Below, piece after piece: positions 10,706-20,800 of a DNA stretch of 64,000 nucleotides (position 1 is its first letter; each line of letters opens with the position of its first letter). The position numbers and the translations under genes are program-made. The notes beneath the pieces are model-generated. The model was not told the DNA's origin. It was given only the letters and a program-made list of their open reading frames with translations, and searched no databases. This DNA is from an uncultured virus (IMG/VR IMGVR_UViG_3300033141_004351). Lineage: Duplodnaviria > Heunggongvirae > Uroviricota > Caudoviricetes. Where the stretch lies: the IMG/VR virus record IMGVR_UViG_3300033141_004351; one strand, 5' to 3'.

Positions 10706-10946
10706 ACTAAGGTATGTAAGGCAAGGTCAATGCAATAGGTGCGGATGGTGCTGTGAATCACGAGTATGTCCAGAGCATTTATCATATACTAAAGAGGGGA
10801 TGGCGGTCTGCGCTATTTATAAAAACAAACCTGGAGTATGTGATAGGTTTCCACAAGCTCCGCCTATACTGTATCCACATTGCGGTTTCTATTTTCTTGA
10901 TACTTGGGAAAATAACAGAATTGTTAAACATGGTAAGGATTTATAA
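10680..10946 (+). CDS. YkgJ-like CxxCxxCC cysteine-cluster protein
   Basis: TTG start 8 nt after GGAGG (10667-10671); CNRCGWCC...CPEHL...CAIYKNKPGVCDRFP. Confidence 0.75.
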   Translation: MLQESQTHKLRYVRQGQCNRCGWCCESRVCPEHLSYTKEGMAVCAIYKNKPGVCDRFPQAPPILYPHCGFYFLDTWENNRIVKHGKDL

Positions 10947-12736
10947 TGGCACTATCAGTAAGTCTTAGCGGATATAATGCAATCAATCTTTGTGAGAATG
11001 AAAATGATTGGACAGGCAGTACCCCGTCAGATGTAACTGATTTTTTTAAAGAGGGCCTGCAATGTATAGGGTTTGAATTTATAGATTCCGGAGCCAATGA
11101 TTCTGAAATATCCGTTACCGAGGATTTGTCTGGAACCACGCATCTTAGAATGTGGTTTATGTGTTCAGCACTCAAAGAGTTGGATACAGACGCTAATGGT
11201 GGTATCCAGGTATATTTGAGTGATGGGGCAAATACGGGTTATTGGAATGTTAGTGGAAGCACAACTTATCTTGGGGGGTGGTATAATCTTGTTGTTGATT
11301 TATCGGCTGCTGTCTCTTCTGGGACTAAGCCCACCATGACAACTATTACAACCCTTGGCATCAGAGTCAACCTGACAACCGGCTCTAAAAAAGCACAAAA
11401 CACCTGGATTGACCATATTTATGCCGGTGATGGATTAATAGTTTATGGGGATAATGGTGCTGGTGGAGCTATTGATTTTGACGACATTTTAGCTGAAGAC
11501 GAAGATACTACAAACGGCTGGGGTATTATACGAAAAATCGGAGGTATTTTTTATCTCAATGGCTCCATAATATTTGGTGATGCAGCAGGCGTAAACGCTT
11601 GTGAATTTGAAGATTTGTCTCAGGTGTTAGTGTTTGAAGACAGGCCGGTTAATACATCGTTATATGGATTTACAGTAGTTGATAATGGTACAGGATTAAC
11701 GGAGTTTATATTAGGTGAAAAGGTTGGAACTGCTGGAATTAAAGGCTGTATTATCCGGGTTCAATCATCAGCACAGACTCCAAAATTTATTATAGATGGG
11801 TCTGACGTAGATGTTGATAACTTTAAACTATACGGCTGCACTGTTTATGGGTCTGGCGCTATAACTTTCCCTGGGGCAACTACAGATGTTGAAATTTTGG
11901 GATGTAGTTTTGAGGCTTGCGGTCAAGTTGATCCTGACGATGCGAGTGTTGAAAGCTGCTTTTTTATTAATACTTCAAATGTTGATGCTGCGGTATTATG
12001 GAATGAAAGCATTGATATGATTGATTGTAGTTTTATTGGTAATACAGTGGGAGCTGGTATTGAAATGCCCAGTGATGTTGGAACTCCCTACGCTTATAAT
12101 GCTTTATTCTTTTCCGGAAACACCTATGATGTTCTCAATTCGTCTGGTTCTGCCATTTCAATTAATAAGAACAATGGGGCAGATCCTACAACATATGAAG
12201 GGAGCTCCGTAACCTTTTTGGGGACTTCAGTTACCACTCAAATCACAGTCAAAAATGTTAAAGATAGTGTCGTTATAGAAAATGCAAGAGTTGTTTTTGA
12301 AGCTGCGGACGCTTTGGGGCCTCTTAATTATCAGGAATCAGTTACTGTATCGAGAATAGGGGATGTAGCCTATGTAGTTCATAATGGACATGGGATGGTT
12401 ACTAACGATTGGGTAAGAATAGCTGGAGCAAATCAAGACGATTATAATATATGTGCTCAAATAACAGTAACCACGGCTGACGCATATAATTATGCTGTTG
12501 AAAATACCCCTGTAACTCCGGCAACTGGAACTATTGTTTCAACAGAAGTTATGTTTAATAAGCTAACCAATGTAAGTGGAATTGTTACAGATACACGCTC
12601 TTTAGCTTCAAATCAAAATATGGTTGGTAGAGCCAGAAAAAGCTCTATATCTCCTTTTTATAAAACTCAACCCATAATAGAAACTATAGATAAAGACAAT
12701 GGGTTAACTCTTAATGTACTTTTGATACCGGATTAA
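10946..12736 (+). CDS. Putative structural/tail-associated protein (beta-sandwich plus beta-helix-like)
   Basis: 596 aa; repeated xxCxFxx strands; HGMVTNDWVRIAG motif as in phage tail proteins. Confidence 0.65.
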   Translation: MALSVSLSGYNAINLCENENDWTGSTPSDVTDFFKEGLQCIGFEFIDSGANDSEISVTEDLSGTTHLRMWFMCSALKELDTDANGGIQVYLSDGANTGYWNVSGSTTYLGGWYNLVVDLSAAVSSGTKPTMTTITTLGIRVNLTTGSKKAQNTWIDHIYAGDGLIVYGDNGAGGAIDFDDILAEDEDTTNGWGIIRKIGGIFYLNGSIIFGDAAGVNACEFEDLSQVLVFEDRPVNTSLYGFTVVDNGTGLTEFILGEKVGTAGIKGCIIRVQSSAQTPKFIIDGSDVDVDNFKLYGCTVYGSGAITFPGATTDVEILGCSFEACGQVDPDDASVESCFFINTSNVDAAVLWNESIDMIDCSFIGNTVGAGIEMPSDVGTPYAYNALFFSGNTYDVLNSSGSAISINKNNGADPTTYEGSSVTFLGTSVTTQITVKNVKDSVVIENARVVFEAADALGPLNYQESVTVSRIGDVAYVVHNGHGMVTNDWVRIAGANQDDYNICAQITVTTADAYNYAVENTPVTPATGTIVSTEVMFNKLTNVSGIVTDTRSLASNQNMVGRARKSSISPFYKTQPIIETIDKDNGLTLNVLLIPD

Positions 12737-12737
12737 T

Positions 12738-13007
12738 ATGGATATAACTTTACCAGAATTAAAAATTAAACATAAGAACTTGTCACGTCAGCACAATGCT
12801 TTGGTGTTGGCTGTTGATAAACTTATTGAAGAAAACGAAGCATTAAAAGAGAATAATAGTTTTCTTGGAGCCCAGCTCTTAAATGCTAATAAGTTCGTAT
12901 CTATACAAAAACAAATAGTGGTCAATACCGTAAAAGCAAATCAAGAAAAATGTGATTTTTTAAGAACTGAAATACAAGCATTGAAAGATAAATTAAAGGA
13001 ACAATAA
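12738..13007 (+). CDS. Coiled-coil hypothetical protein
   Basis: 89 aa with heptad pattern, tightly packed in the operon. Confidence 0.65.
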   Translation: MDITLPELKIKHKNLSRQHNALVLAVDKLIEENEALKENNSFLGAQLLNANKFVSIQKQIVVNTVKANQEKCDFLRTEIQALKDKLKEQ

Positions 13008-13624
13008 TGGCTCTTTCGGTTTCGTGGGGAACGAAAGTAATAAACGTTTTACAGGCTGATTTAACTCCTATTTCGGGTACTTTATATGAGTTAGACACCG
13101 ATCAGTTTAGAAGGGACTTAAAAGCTCTTGAAGATGATGTAGAAGGGATGCCGTTTCCTGATACTCATATACACAACACTGAGGTTACAGTTGCAGGAAT
13201 AACATATGCAAGATTTATAGAAATCATTAACGGGTACTCTGTGACTTTTGAAGATGGGCAATACACGGTAAGATTGGCGGGATCTAATAATAATATCTTT
13301 GACGTTGAAAATGGAATACTTAATCAGAATCAAGTGCAGGTTATACCCGGAAATGCGGCTGGGTTAATCGTAAAGTCAATAGGTTCTGGGCTAACCACAC
13401 CTGAACACGATCAATTAATGGCTTTAGATACAGACTACCTTAAAGATGTAATAGACGGCAAGAAGGTGTTGGTGAAAAATGGCTTAACCTGGGAATTAAT
13501 TATTTACGATCCAACCGATGGCGTAACGCCAATTTTAAATAAAGAAATGAAGGATAAGGACGGGAACGACATCACTGATTTAACGGCTGGCATTTTAGCT
13601 CAGGAGCTTGCCAATAGTGTTTAA
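13007..13624 (+). CDS. Putative structural protein
   Basis: 205 aa; TAATG coupling; beta-rich. Confidence 0.7.
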   Translation: MALSVSWGTKVINVLQADLTPISGTLYELDTDQFRRDLKALEDDVEGMPFPDTHIHNTEVTVAGITYARFIEIINGYSVTFEDGQYTVRLAGSNNNIFDVENGILNQNQVQVIPGNAAGLIVKSIGSGLTTPEHDQLMALDTDYLKDVIDGKKVLVKNGLTWELIIYDPTDGVTPILNKEMKDKDGNDITDLTAGILAQELANSV

Positions 13625-13835
13625 TATTCAACCAGGACAGGGCTTGGGTTTCACCGGAAGCAAGCAAATAGCTTTTGGCTTGGGAACGTTTTTAATCGCA
13701 GCCATTATTGTTGTTTCCGGCCAAAGAAAATATCAGTTTATGTCTGATGATCTTGAGATGCAAGCAGCTTTAAAAGATGACAAAGATTTTTTAGAGTTGA
13801 TAATTATTATGGCTGAAGCAGGAATTTTCGATTAA
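13617..13835 (+). CDS. Small hypothetical protein
   Basis: AGGAG at 13602-13606 then GTG; acidic DDKDFLELII C-terminus. Confidence 0.55.
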   Translation: MFNIQPGQGLGFTGSKQIAFGLGTFLIAAIIVVSGQRKYQFMSDDLEMQAALKDDKDFLELIIIMAEAGIFD

Positions 13836-13853
13836 TAACATAAAGGGGGTAAT

Positions 13854-13961
13854 ATGCCAAAAAGGATTCCGAAAAGAAATGGGGGCGGAAAAGGCAAAAG
13901 GGCCAATAGGGGCCGCGGTGGTTGCTCTACTACTAAAAGCAAGGGGAAGGGCAGAAGATAA
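13854..13961 (+). CDS. 35-aa highly basic Gly-rich peptide (not in the ORF track)
   Basis: AAGGGGG RBS; MPKRIPKRNGGGKGKRANRGRGGCSTTKSKGKGRR; 14 K/R and no D/E. Confidence 0.6.
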   Translation: MPKRIPKRNGGGKGKRANRGRGGCSTTKSKGKGRR

Positions 13962-14050
13962 TTTTAACCCCGAAAGACTGCTTTGTGTCTTAATTGTAGT
14001 GGTACTGTATGTGATATTAATAACTTTATTTTTAACAAGGAGACTGTGAA

Positions 14051-14401
14051 ATGTCAATTTTAAAAGAAACATGGCTGAGGTGGCCGGTATCAACTTCACC
14101 GGATGTGGTAAACCATAAAATGTATTATGAAGAAGCTCCTGGATTGGTTGTTACAGACCCAGCCAACCCATCACCGTCTGTGGAAATCGGAAACACCATA
14201 GTAACCTATAACGACACCCTGCATGGGGAAGTCAATCTTGCTGAAATTCCTGGAATGACCACTCTTGATGGAAGGTATAACATTGGAGTGGCTTGTGTTG
14301 ATGACAGGGGGAACGAAGCGAGTCCGACTTTGTTAGATAATGTCCCTTTAGATTTCGAGGCTCCCGACCCGGTTGGAGCCTTAGTTATCTCAGATTCTTA
14401 A
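14051..14401 (+). CDS. Fibronectin type III/Ig-like single-domain protein
   Basis: AAGGAG RBS; LRWPVS..DVVNHKMYY...YNIGVACVDDRGNEAS...APDP pattern. Confidence 0.6.
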   Translation: MSILKETWLRWPVSTSPDVVNHKMYYEEAPGLVVTDPANPSPSVEIGNTIVTYNDTLHGEVNLAEIPGMTTLDGRYNIGVACVDDRGNEASPTLLDNVPLDFEAPDPVGALVISDS

Positions 14402-14411
14402 TAGGGAGTCT

Positions 14412-14855
14412 ATGGTTGTGGATAAAAGAAAAGCTTGGATTAATGTAGCACTTATCTTGTTATGGATAACTTTCTTTGCTTCATTGGTCTTAGTAAATAA
14501 GGCAGAAGCTCAGTATGAGCATGAGTTCTTTACCGGGGAACAGTTTGGAGTTAGGTGGGACGCTTCAACTTTAGCTCTTGGGTACTACTGGTATATTGAA
14601 AGAGTTGATGACAATTTCGTAATTGCCCAGGATGCTACAATAGAGCTGGAAATGTCAGCGAATATCCAAAGTGCAGGAACGTATGTCTTCTATTGTAGAG
14701 CTTGGAACTTTAAGGAAGATGGAACAACAATTCAGTACAGTGAGTGGGCTACTTCATTAACACATGGTATAGTTGATGAAGTAGTTACTCCATGGCAAAT
14801 TAAAATAAAACTTAGACCAGTTGGTCCTCTGATTTTTGATCAATATGGACCCTAA
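14412..14855 (+). CDS. Exported Fn3/Ig-like protein with signal peptide
   Basis: KRK + hydrophobic helix + AEA cleavage motif; VRWDAS..GYYW...YVFYCRAWN...SEW. Confidence 0.6.
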   Translation: MVVDKRKAWINVALILLWITFFASLVLVNKAEAQYEHEFFTGEQFGVRWDASTLALGYYWYIERVDDNFVIAQDATIELEMSANIQSAGTYVFYCRAWNFKEDGTTIQYSEWATSLTHGIVDEVVTPWQIKIKLRPVGPLIFDQYGP

Positions 14856-14880
14856 TAATTGAAACAGGATTATTTAACTG

Positions 14881-17800
14881 ATGGCAACACTTGCATATTG
14901 TCTTAAAAAAATGGGTAAGCGTTTTGATCCTGGAACAGCAAAGCGCTTGAGAGATCTGACTGACGACTATAAAGATATGGACATGGCCAAAGGTGAAGCT
15001 GAGATCCAGGCGGTTCAGGACGTGCTGGACACGCTGGACAAAGAATATGACAGCATCATTGATCAGCTGCATGGCCAGATGAAAGATCAGATCTTGAAGA
15101 TCGATACCACGCCTGGCCGGTGGTTTAACTTTGAATTTGTCCGGAACAATTTGCCCAAACTAAAAGCCAGGATCACCGAATTACAGAAAATGTTTTGGGA
15201 TTCCAAGACCTTTGCCAAAAGTGACGTTTACGATGGCACCTATCCTATTCCTGTTGAGGGTGGCATTATTGCAGCACGTCGGACCAAAAAGTATGCCAAG
15301 GATCCAAAGTACAAACGCAAGGTGGAGGGTGCGATTAAGGGAATCCAGGAGAACCTGATTGGAGCCAATCATACCCGTATGGTTCTGATGGGTAATCCGG
15401 ATCCAGCTGGTCAGTTTGGTGTCAGTTACAGCATAGAAAAAGTGTCGGCTGGCTATGGTGTTAATGTGGCCAGAGCCTGGAACAATGAAGCTAAAAGCAA
15501 GTATCCTTACACGTCTAATTTGGGAAACGTTAGCGTGCGCGAAGGTTTACAAAATTCATTGGATGCGGTGCTGGAAAGTTTGGAAACCGGCGAAATCAAA
15601 AAGGGAACGATTGATATCCGAACATATCTGTCTTCAGGGCACGAATCTTCTGATGAAGATTATCCTGTACGGGGTCGTAAGCTTGATGACAAAAGAATAG
15701 CCAAGGCCGGTAAAGATTATTACCACAACAGTTTTGAAATTATTGATAACGGTGTCGGTATGTCGGACACTGATATTAGAGATAAGTTTCTGGCCCTGCA
15801 CGGTACTGGCAAAGATAAGGTTGGGCGATTTGGTGGGTTCGGTATTGCCAAGGCTGTTATTCTGGGGCCACACGAGTCATCCACCTGGGTGCTTGAAACC
15901 AGAGACAATCAACACGATGGGGTCCGGGCACAAAATGCTGACCAGGTTGGTACACTGTCTAAGCCAAGGCAGGGCACGTCCATTCGCGTAGAGGCCGAAA
16001 GTCAAATTATTGATAACGACTCCAAGCGTTATGTGGAGACCACCGAGTTGCCCAAGAATGTTTCCGTTTCTTTAAACAATGCTAAGATTAAGAATCCGTT
16101 TGGTGGGAAGAAGTTTAAAGAATTTACAGATGTTGTAAATAAGGGCGATCATCAGTCAGAACTTTCGATGAAATACTATCCCAAGGCTCCATCCGGGTAT
16201 AACCAAAAGATGATAATCCGCCTGGTGGACAAACAGACTGGAGCAAAGCTTACTCAGGGCATTACTAATATTTATAATGAAGGTTTCCCTGGTGCGCTGA
16301 TAATTGATGTTGCTACCAGCCAAACTCCTGGGGGAAACTATTATCCACTGACCGATTCACGCATGGAGTTGAAGTGGGACGGCAAGCAGTTGGCTGAAAA
16401 GATTGTTGCTAAATTTGCTGTGGATCCGCTGTCGGCTAAACGGACTACAGTGGAATTTACCTGGCAGAACCTAAAAGATCGAGGCGAGTGGAAGAAAACT
16501 ATCGAAAAAACCAAAACGGATAAAGGTTACAACGACCTGATAAAAACCGTTACTGGTATTTGGAACGAATCACAGAAGCCAATTGAAAAACTCACTATCG
16601 AGGAGCAGCTGCGCCGACCATATCTGAACCAGACCATTCCTTACACACCCATAGAACAACTGAATCAAAAGGTTGACACGGGGGTTAAAGGTTACAAGGG
16701 TGGGTCGATGTTTCATGCCAAACATATATTAGCCTTTGAAACGGTGGCCAGGATGTATGCCGGAGCAGCTGGCGGTAAACTTGAAAAATTTTATCCGATG
16801 CTATCTGTGGTGATAGATGGTGGAGCTGTTGAGGGTGAGTATAATGCTGGCTTGGGAGAGATGGGTATGAATCCGTTATCTCTGGATAAAGACGCTGCCA
16901 AGTCTCCGCTACACTATGCCACATATCTTAAAGGTTTGATCGATCACGAATTTACCCATGCTTTCCAAGGCGCACACGACGAAAAGTTTGCTGTTGCCCG
17001 TGAAGCAATGCACAAAAAAACTGCCCACCTGTTTCCCCAGACTTTAAGAATTGCGGAAGCTGTCTTGCAGGTACCGGACAAAGAGTTGACCCGTGAAAGT
17101 GTGGTCGAGAAGGAAAAAATCAAAGAGATCGTGAAAGAAATCATGGTCCCAGTTGAAACGATCCTCACCGAATATAAGCCCTTACCAATGAGGCAGGGCA
17201 AGTTGTTCGATGCCCAAACATTAATCAACGAACCTACAGGAGATACACCTAATGACATCAAACTCTATTACCCCAGCCGCGCTAAAGGACTCCCAAGGCA
17301 GCTTAGGTTATTCAACCAACGAGTGGTTGGACGCAGCCCTGGACGAGTTAGTCCGGCAGAACGTGAGGGAGGCAGGGGCAGCGATCAACTCCCCACTCCA
17401 CAAGAGATTATCGAAGCTGGCAAAAGAGACGGCGCATTTGACCGTGCAGATTTTACAGGGGCCGAAGCAGCAGTAACCAGAGAAGCCCACACGGATGCAC
17501 TCCGGATACTCACTAATGGTATTGAATATCAATACTGGGGTATCCCCAAAGGATCTACACCATACAAAGTGCTTTCGGGTGATCTGGACATTTCTACAAT
17601 GAAACCGGAACAGTTTACCGTTAACGAGCTGCGCGGTATGGCCAGACTGGTTTCAACAAGTGAAACCGGCACAAAGGCTGAGTTGCTTGAACGGGTGATA
17701 AACAATCTGAATGTGGCAGATAGTTTGGACAGTTTTGCCTCTACAGATCGGCCCGTACTGGAAATGGATAATAAATATAAGCTGGCAGACCTTCAGCTCT

Positions 17801-20800
17801 TTGCCAGTTTCCTTGGTGTTAATCCGGTAGGCAAAAAGCTGGAAGTCGCCGATAGGGTGTGGCGCAAATATATCCAAGATCGTTACCATACCATTAAGGG
17901 CTACATCCAGTTTCATGAAGATACCAAAAAAGAGATACCTAAAGATGTTGCCGAAACATGGATTGAAACTCAGGACTTGTACCATAAAGCCTGGGGTGAT
18001 GCACTGACGGTAAAACTTCCGGAAGTTGCAGTGTCTCTTAATCCAAATTTTGAGCGTGGTGGTCTGGTTTCTACCGGTGAACTGTTTGATGCTTTGAAGC
18101 AGGCGGATCCCAAGCTGGATAAACGGCGCTTCGACCGAATGATTAAAGATAGATTGCGCCAGGATTTCTTACTTTATAAAACACAAAATCCGGAAGGCTT
18201 GCCTGAAGTTGAGCGTGCCGCATTGGTTAAGATTGATGGCGTGTATTATGGTCAGGTTGGCAAGAAGGGTGTTTCTACTGTGGATGTTGCTGATCTGGTT
18301 AGTAAAATAGACTCTCCCCAGATGATTAAAGCCCTTCGACAAACCGGGTTTGACATTACAAGACAACGCGATCTTGGGACGCAACTCGGGATTCTGGGTA
18401 TAGAGTACCCCTCTATCAAGAAAGCCTTAAAGTCGGCCTCTGATAAGCTCAGCAACCTATCTAAGCAGGCAGCCGCAGAGTCAGATACTGATCTTCAGAT
18501 GATGCTCATGGAAACCGAGACTACTTTAGCAACCGCCAGTGATTTTATGGCTGCTTTTGCCGGCGAGAAGAACGGTATGAGCAAGTTGGCTGACCAGTAT
18601 CGAGACCAAACGGCACCGATTAAAAATGAATCAATCATCCGTCAGGTATTTTATAATGAAATGCCGGTACGGATTTCCGGACCGATTGAGCAATATATGG
18701 CCACACGTCAAGCTAAAGAAGCCTACGCTAAGCGCTATATGCGTGACCAGGGTGTCACCTTGGACGATATCAAGCGCTTATTTAAGGGCACTAACGTGAT
18801 TAAAAAAGCTGACGGATCTGTAGCTGTAACCACGCCTAATGGACAGCAGCTAATAATCAAGTCGGTAGATTCGGTGGATGTTAATAACGCCAACTTTTAT
18901 GTGAACATGGGTCGGGTTCCTGTAAAAGGTGAAACCGCCATAGGAAAATATGCTGACGGCAAGATTGAATTACATAAAGATCTGGCTGACAACTGGGTTT
19001 TAGCTCACGAGTCGTACCACTGGCTGGAAGATGTAGGCTTTATTACATCTAAAGAATCAGACATCCTGCGAGATCACATCCAGGAACTACATGCCAACAA
19101 CATGTGGGAATCAAGAAACATTAAAGATGTGGGCGGCGCTGAAGACAGGGCAAATTATATTTCCTGGTCCATTAATAATCGAGCTAAACAGACAGGGATT
19201 ATTGAGAAGATCATACAAAAGATCAAAGACCTGATTAATGGGTTCGTGGGTATATTTAAGCTTACTCCCCAGAGCATTGTCAGGGATATTGAGACCGGCA
19301 AGATTTATCAGGGTCCGAAACAGAAACCGTTTGCCCGAAAGTTTTTGGCTCCGCAATATCAGACAACTGCTTATCATGGATCCCCTTCTTTCTTTAAGCG
19401 TTTTCGCACCAGGTTTATTGGATCTGGAGAAGGGGCACAAGCCTTTGGGTGGGGTCTGTATTTTACTGACGAAAAGAGCATTGCCAAAGACTATGCTGAT
19501 CGCTTAGGTGCGGATGAATGGATAGACCTTTCCTGGAAAGCAGCTGGCGGAACGGTTGCAATTTGGGAAAGTCGTCAACCAACCAGTTACAGCCCGACTA
19601 TGTTTAAAACGGAAATGATGAAGAAGGCGCGTGATGACAGTCACGCAAACACACTGGCTATTACCAAAGCTACGCTGGTTGAAGATTTGATGATTGAAGA
19701 CTATGCTATGCACGCAGCCTACCATAATACCGGCGAGGCGGGTGTGGTAGCAGCCATCCAGGATGTTGTTGATAATCTTATTGCAGGCTACGAACTCGAC
19801 CGTCAGAGCGCTGAGGGCAAGGATCGTCAGGACGGGCAGGATTCTATTGATTATCTAAGGGCTATCCGTCCCGATTCTATCAGTCAGCTGACAATGAAGC
19901 GGCCAAAAACCAAGGCGGTTTATAAAGTTACCCTACATAAGGGTAAGGATCCCAGCGAATATGATTGGTTGGATTGGGACAAAGCTTTGTCGAAAGAGAT
20001 CTTGGGAAAAATTATAAATCAATCTGAAAAAAAGGATATAGCTCAATATAGAATGAAAACATTTGGTAGATTAAAACATTGGTTCGATAAAGATTTAGAT
20101 AGTTATGATTATACAAACCTTGGAGTTGGGCAAAATGCTTATGAAGAAATATCTACTGCTTTGGGTGGAGACAAAGAAGCTTCCCTGTTCCTTTTAAGAG
20201 CAGGTATAGATGGTATCAAATTTCCGTCCGGCACTCTATCCGGTATTAAAGATTCGCCGCATTTTAACTATACGGTCTTTGACGAAAGTGCTGTTGATAT
20301 CGAGGCTGTTGAACAGTATACCACAGCCACTCCCCAGGACGAAGAATTTATGCGAGAGCATGGCAACAGCGCAGCTGCTGAAAATGTGAGTAGATCCCTG
20401 CGTGATTATGCCATGACGAGTTGGGGCAAGATCGGTCGGTGGATGCTTAAAAAGAGAGAGATAGGAATTGGCGAACTTGAAGATACTACCGCATGGGAAC
20501 GCCTGTTGTTTACGCCTATTCATTATTTCGGTAAGGTGCCAGCTGCCGGAGCCATGGTTGAGGACGGAACTAATCGTTCAGACAATTATTTCAAAGGGCT
20601 GAACTTTATAGAAAAAGATTCTAACAAAAAATCCAGGCTACAAATCGGGAAAAAGCTGAAAAAAACAAACAAAAAAGAATATCGAGCCATCAATAAGTAC
20701 CTGGACGACAACGATATGAATAAATATGGCTATACGGTAAAGATGAAAGAGGGCATCGAGGAATCAGTGGGCAAGACCTTCGAGATAAAAGATCCGGACG

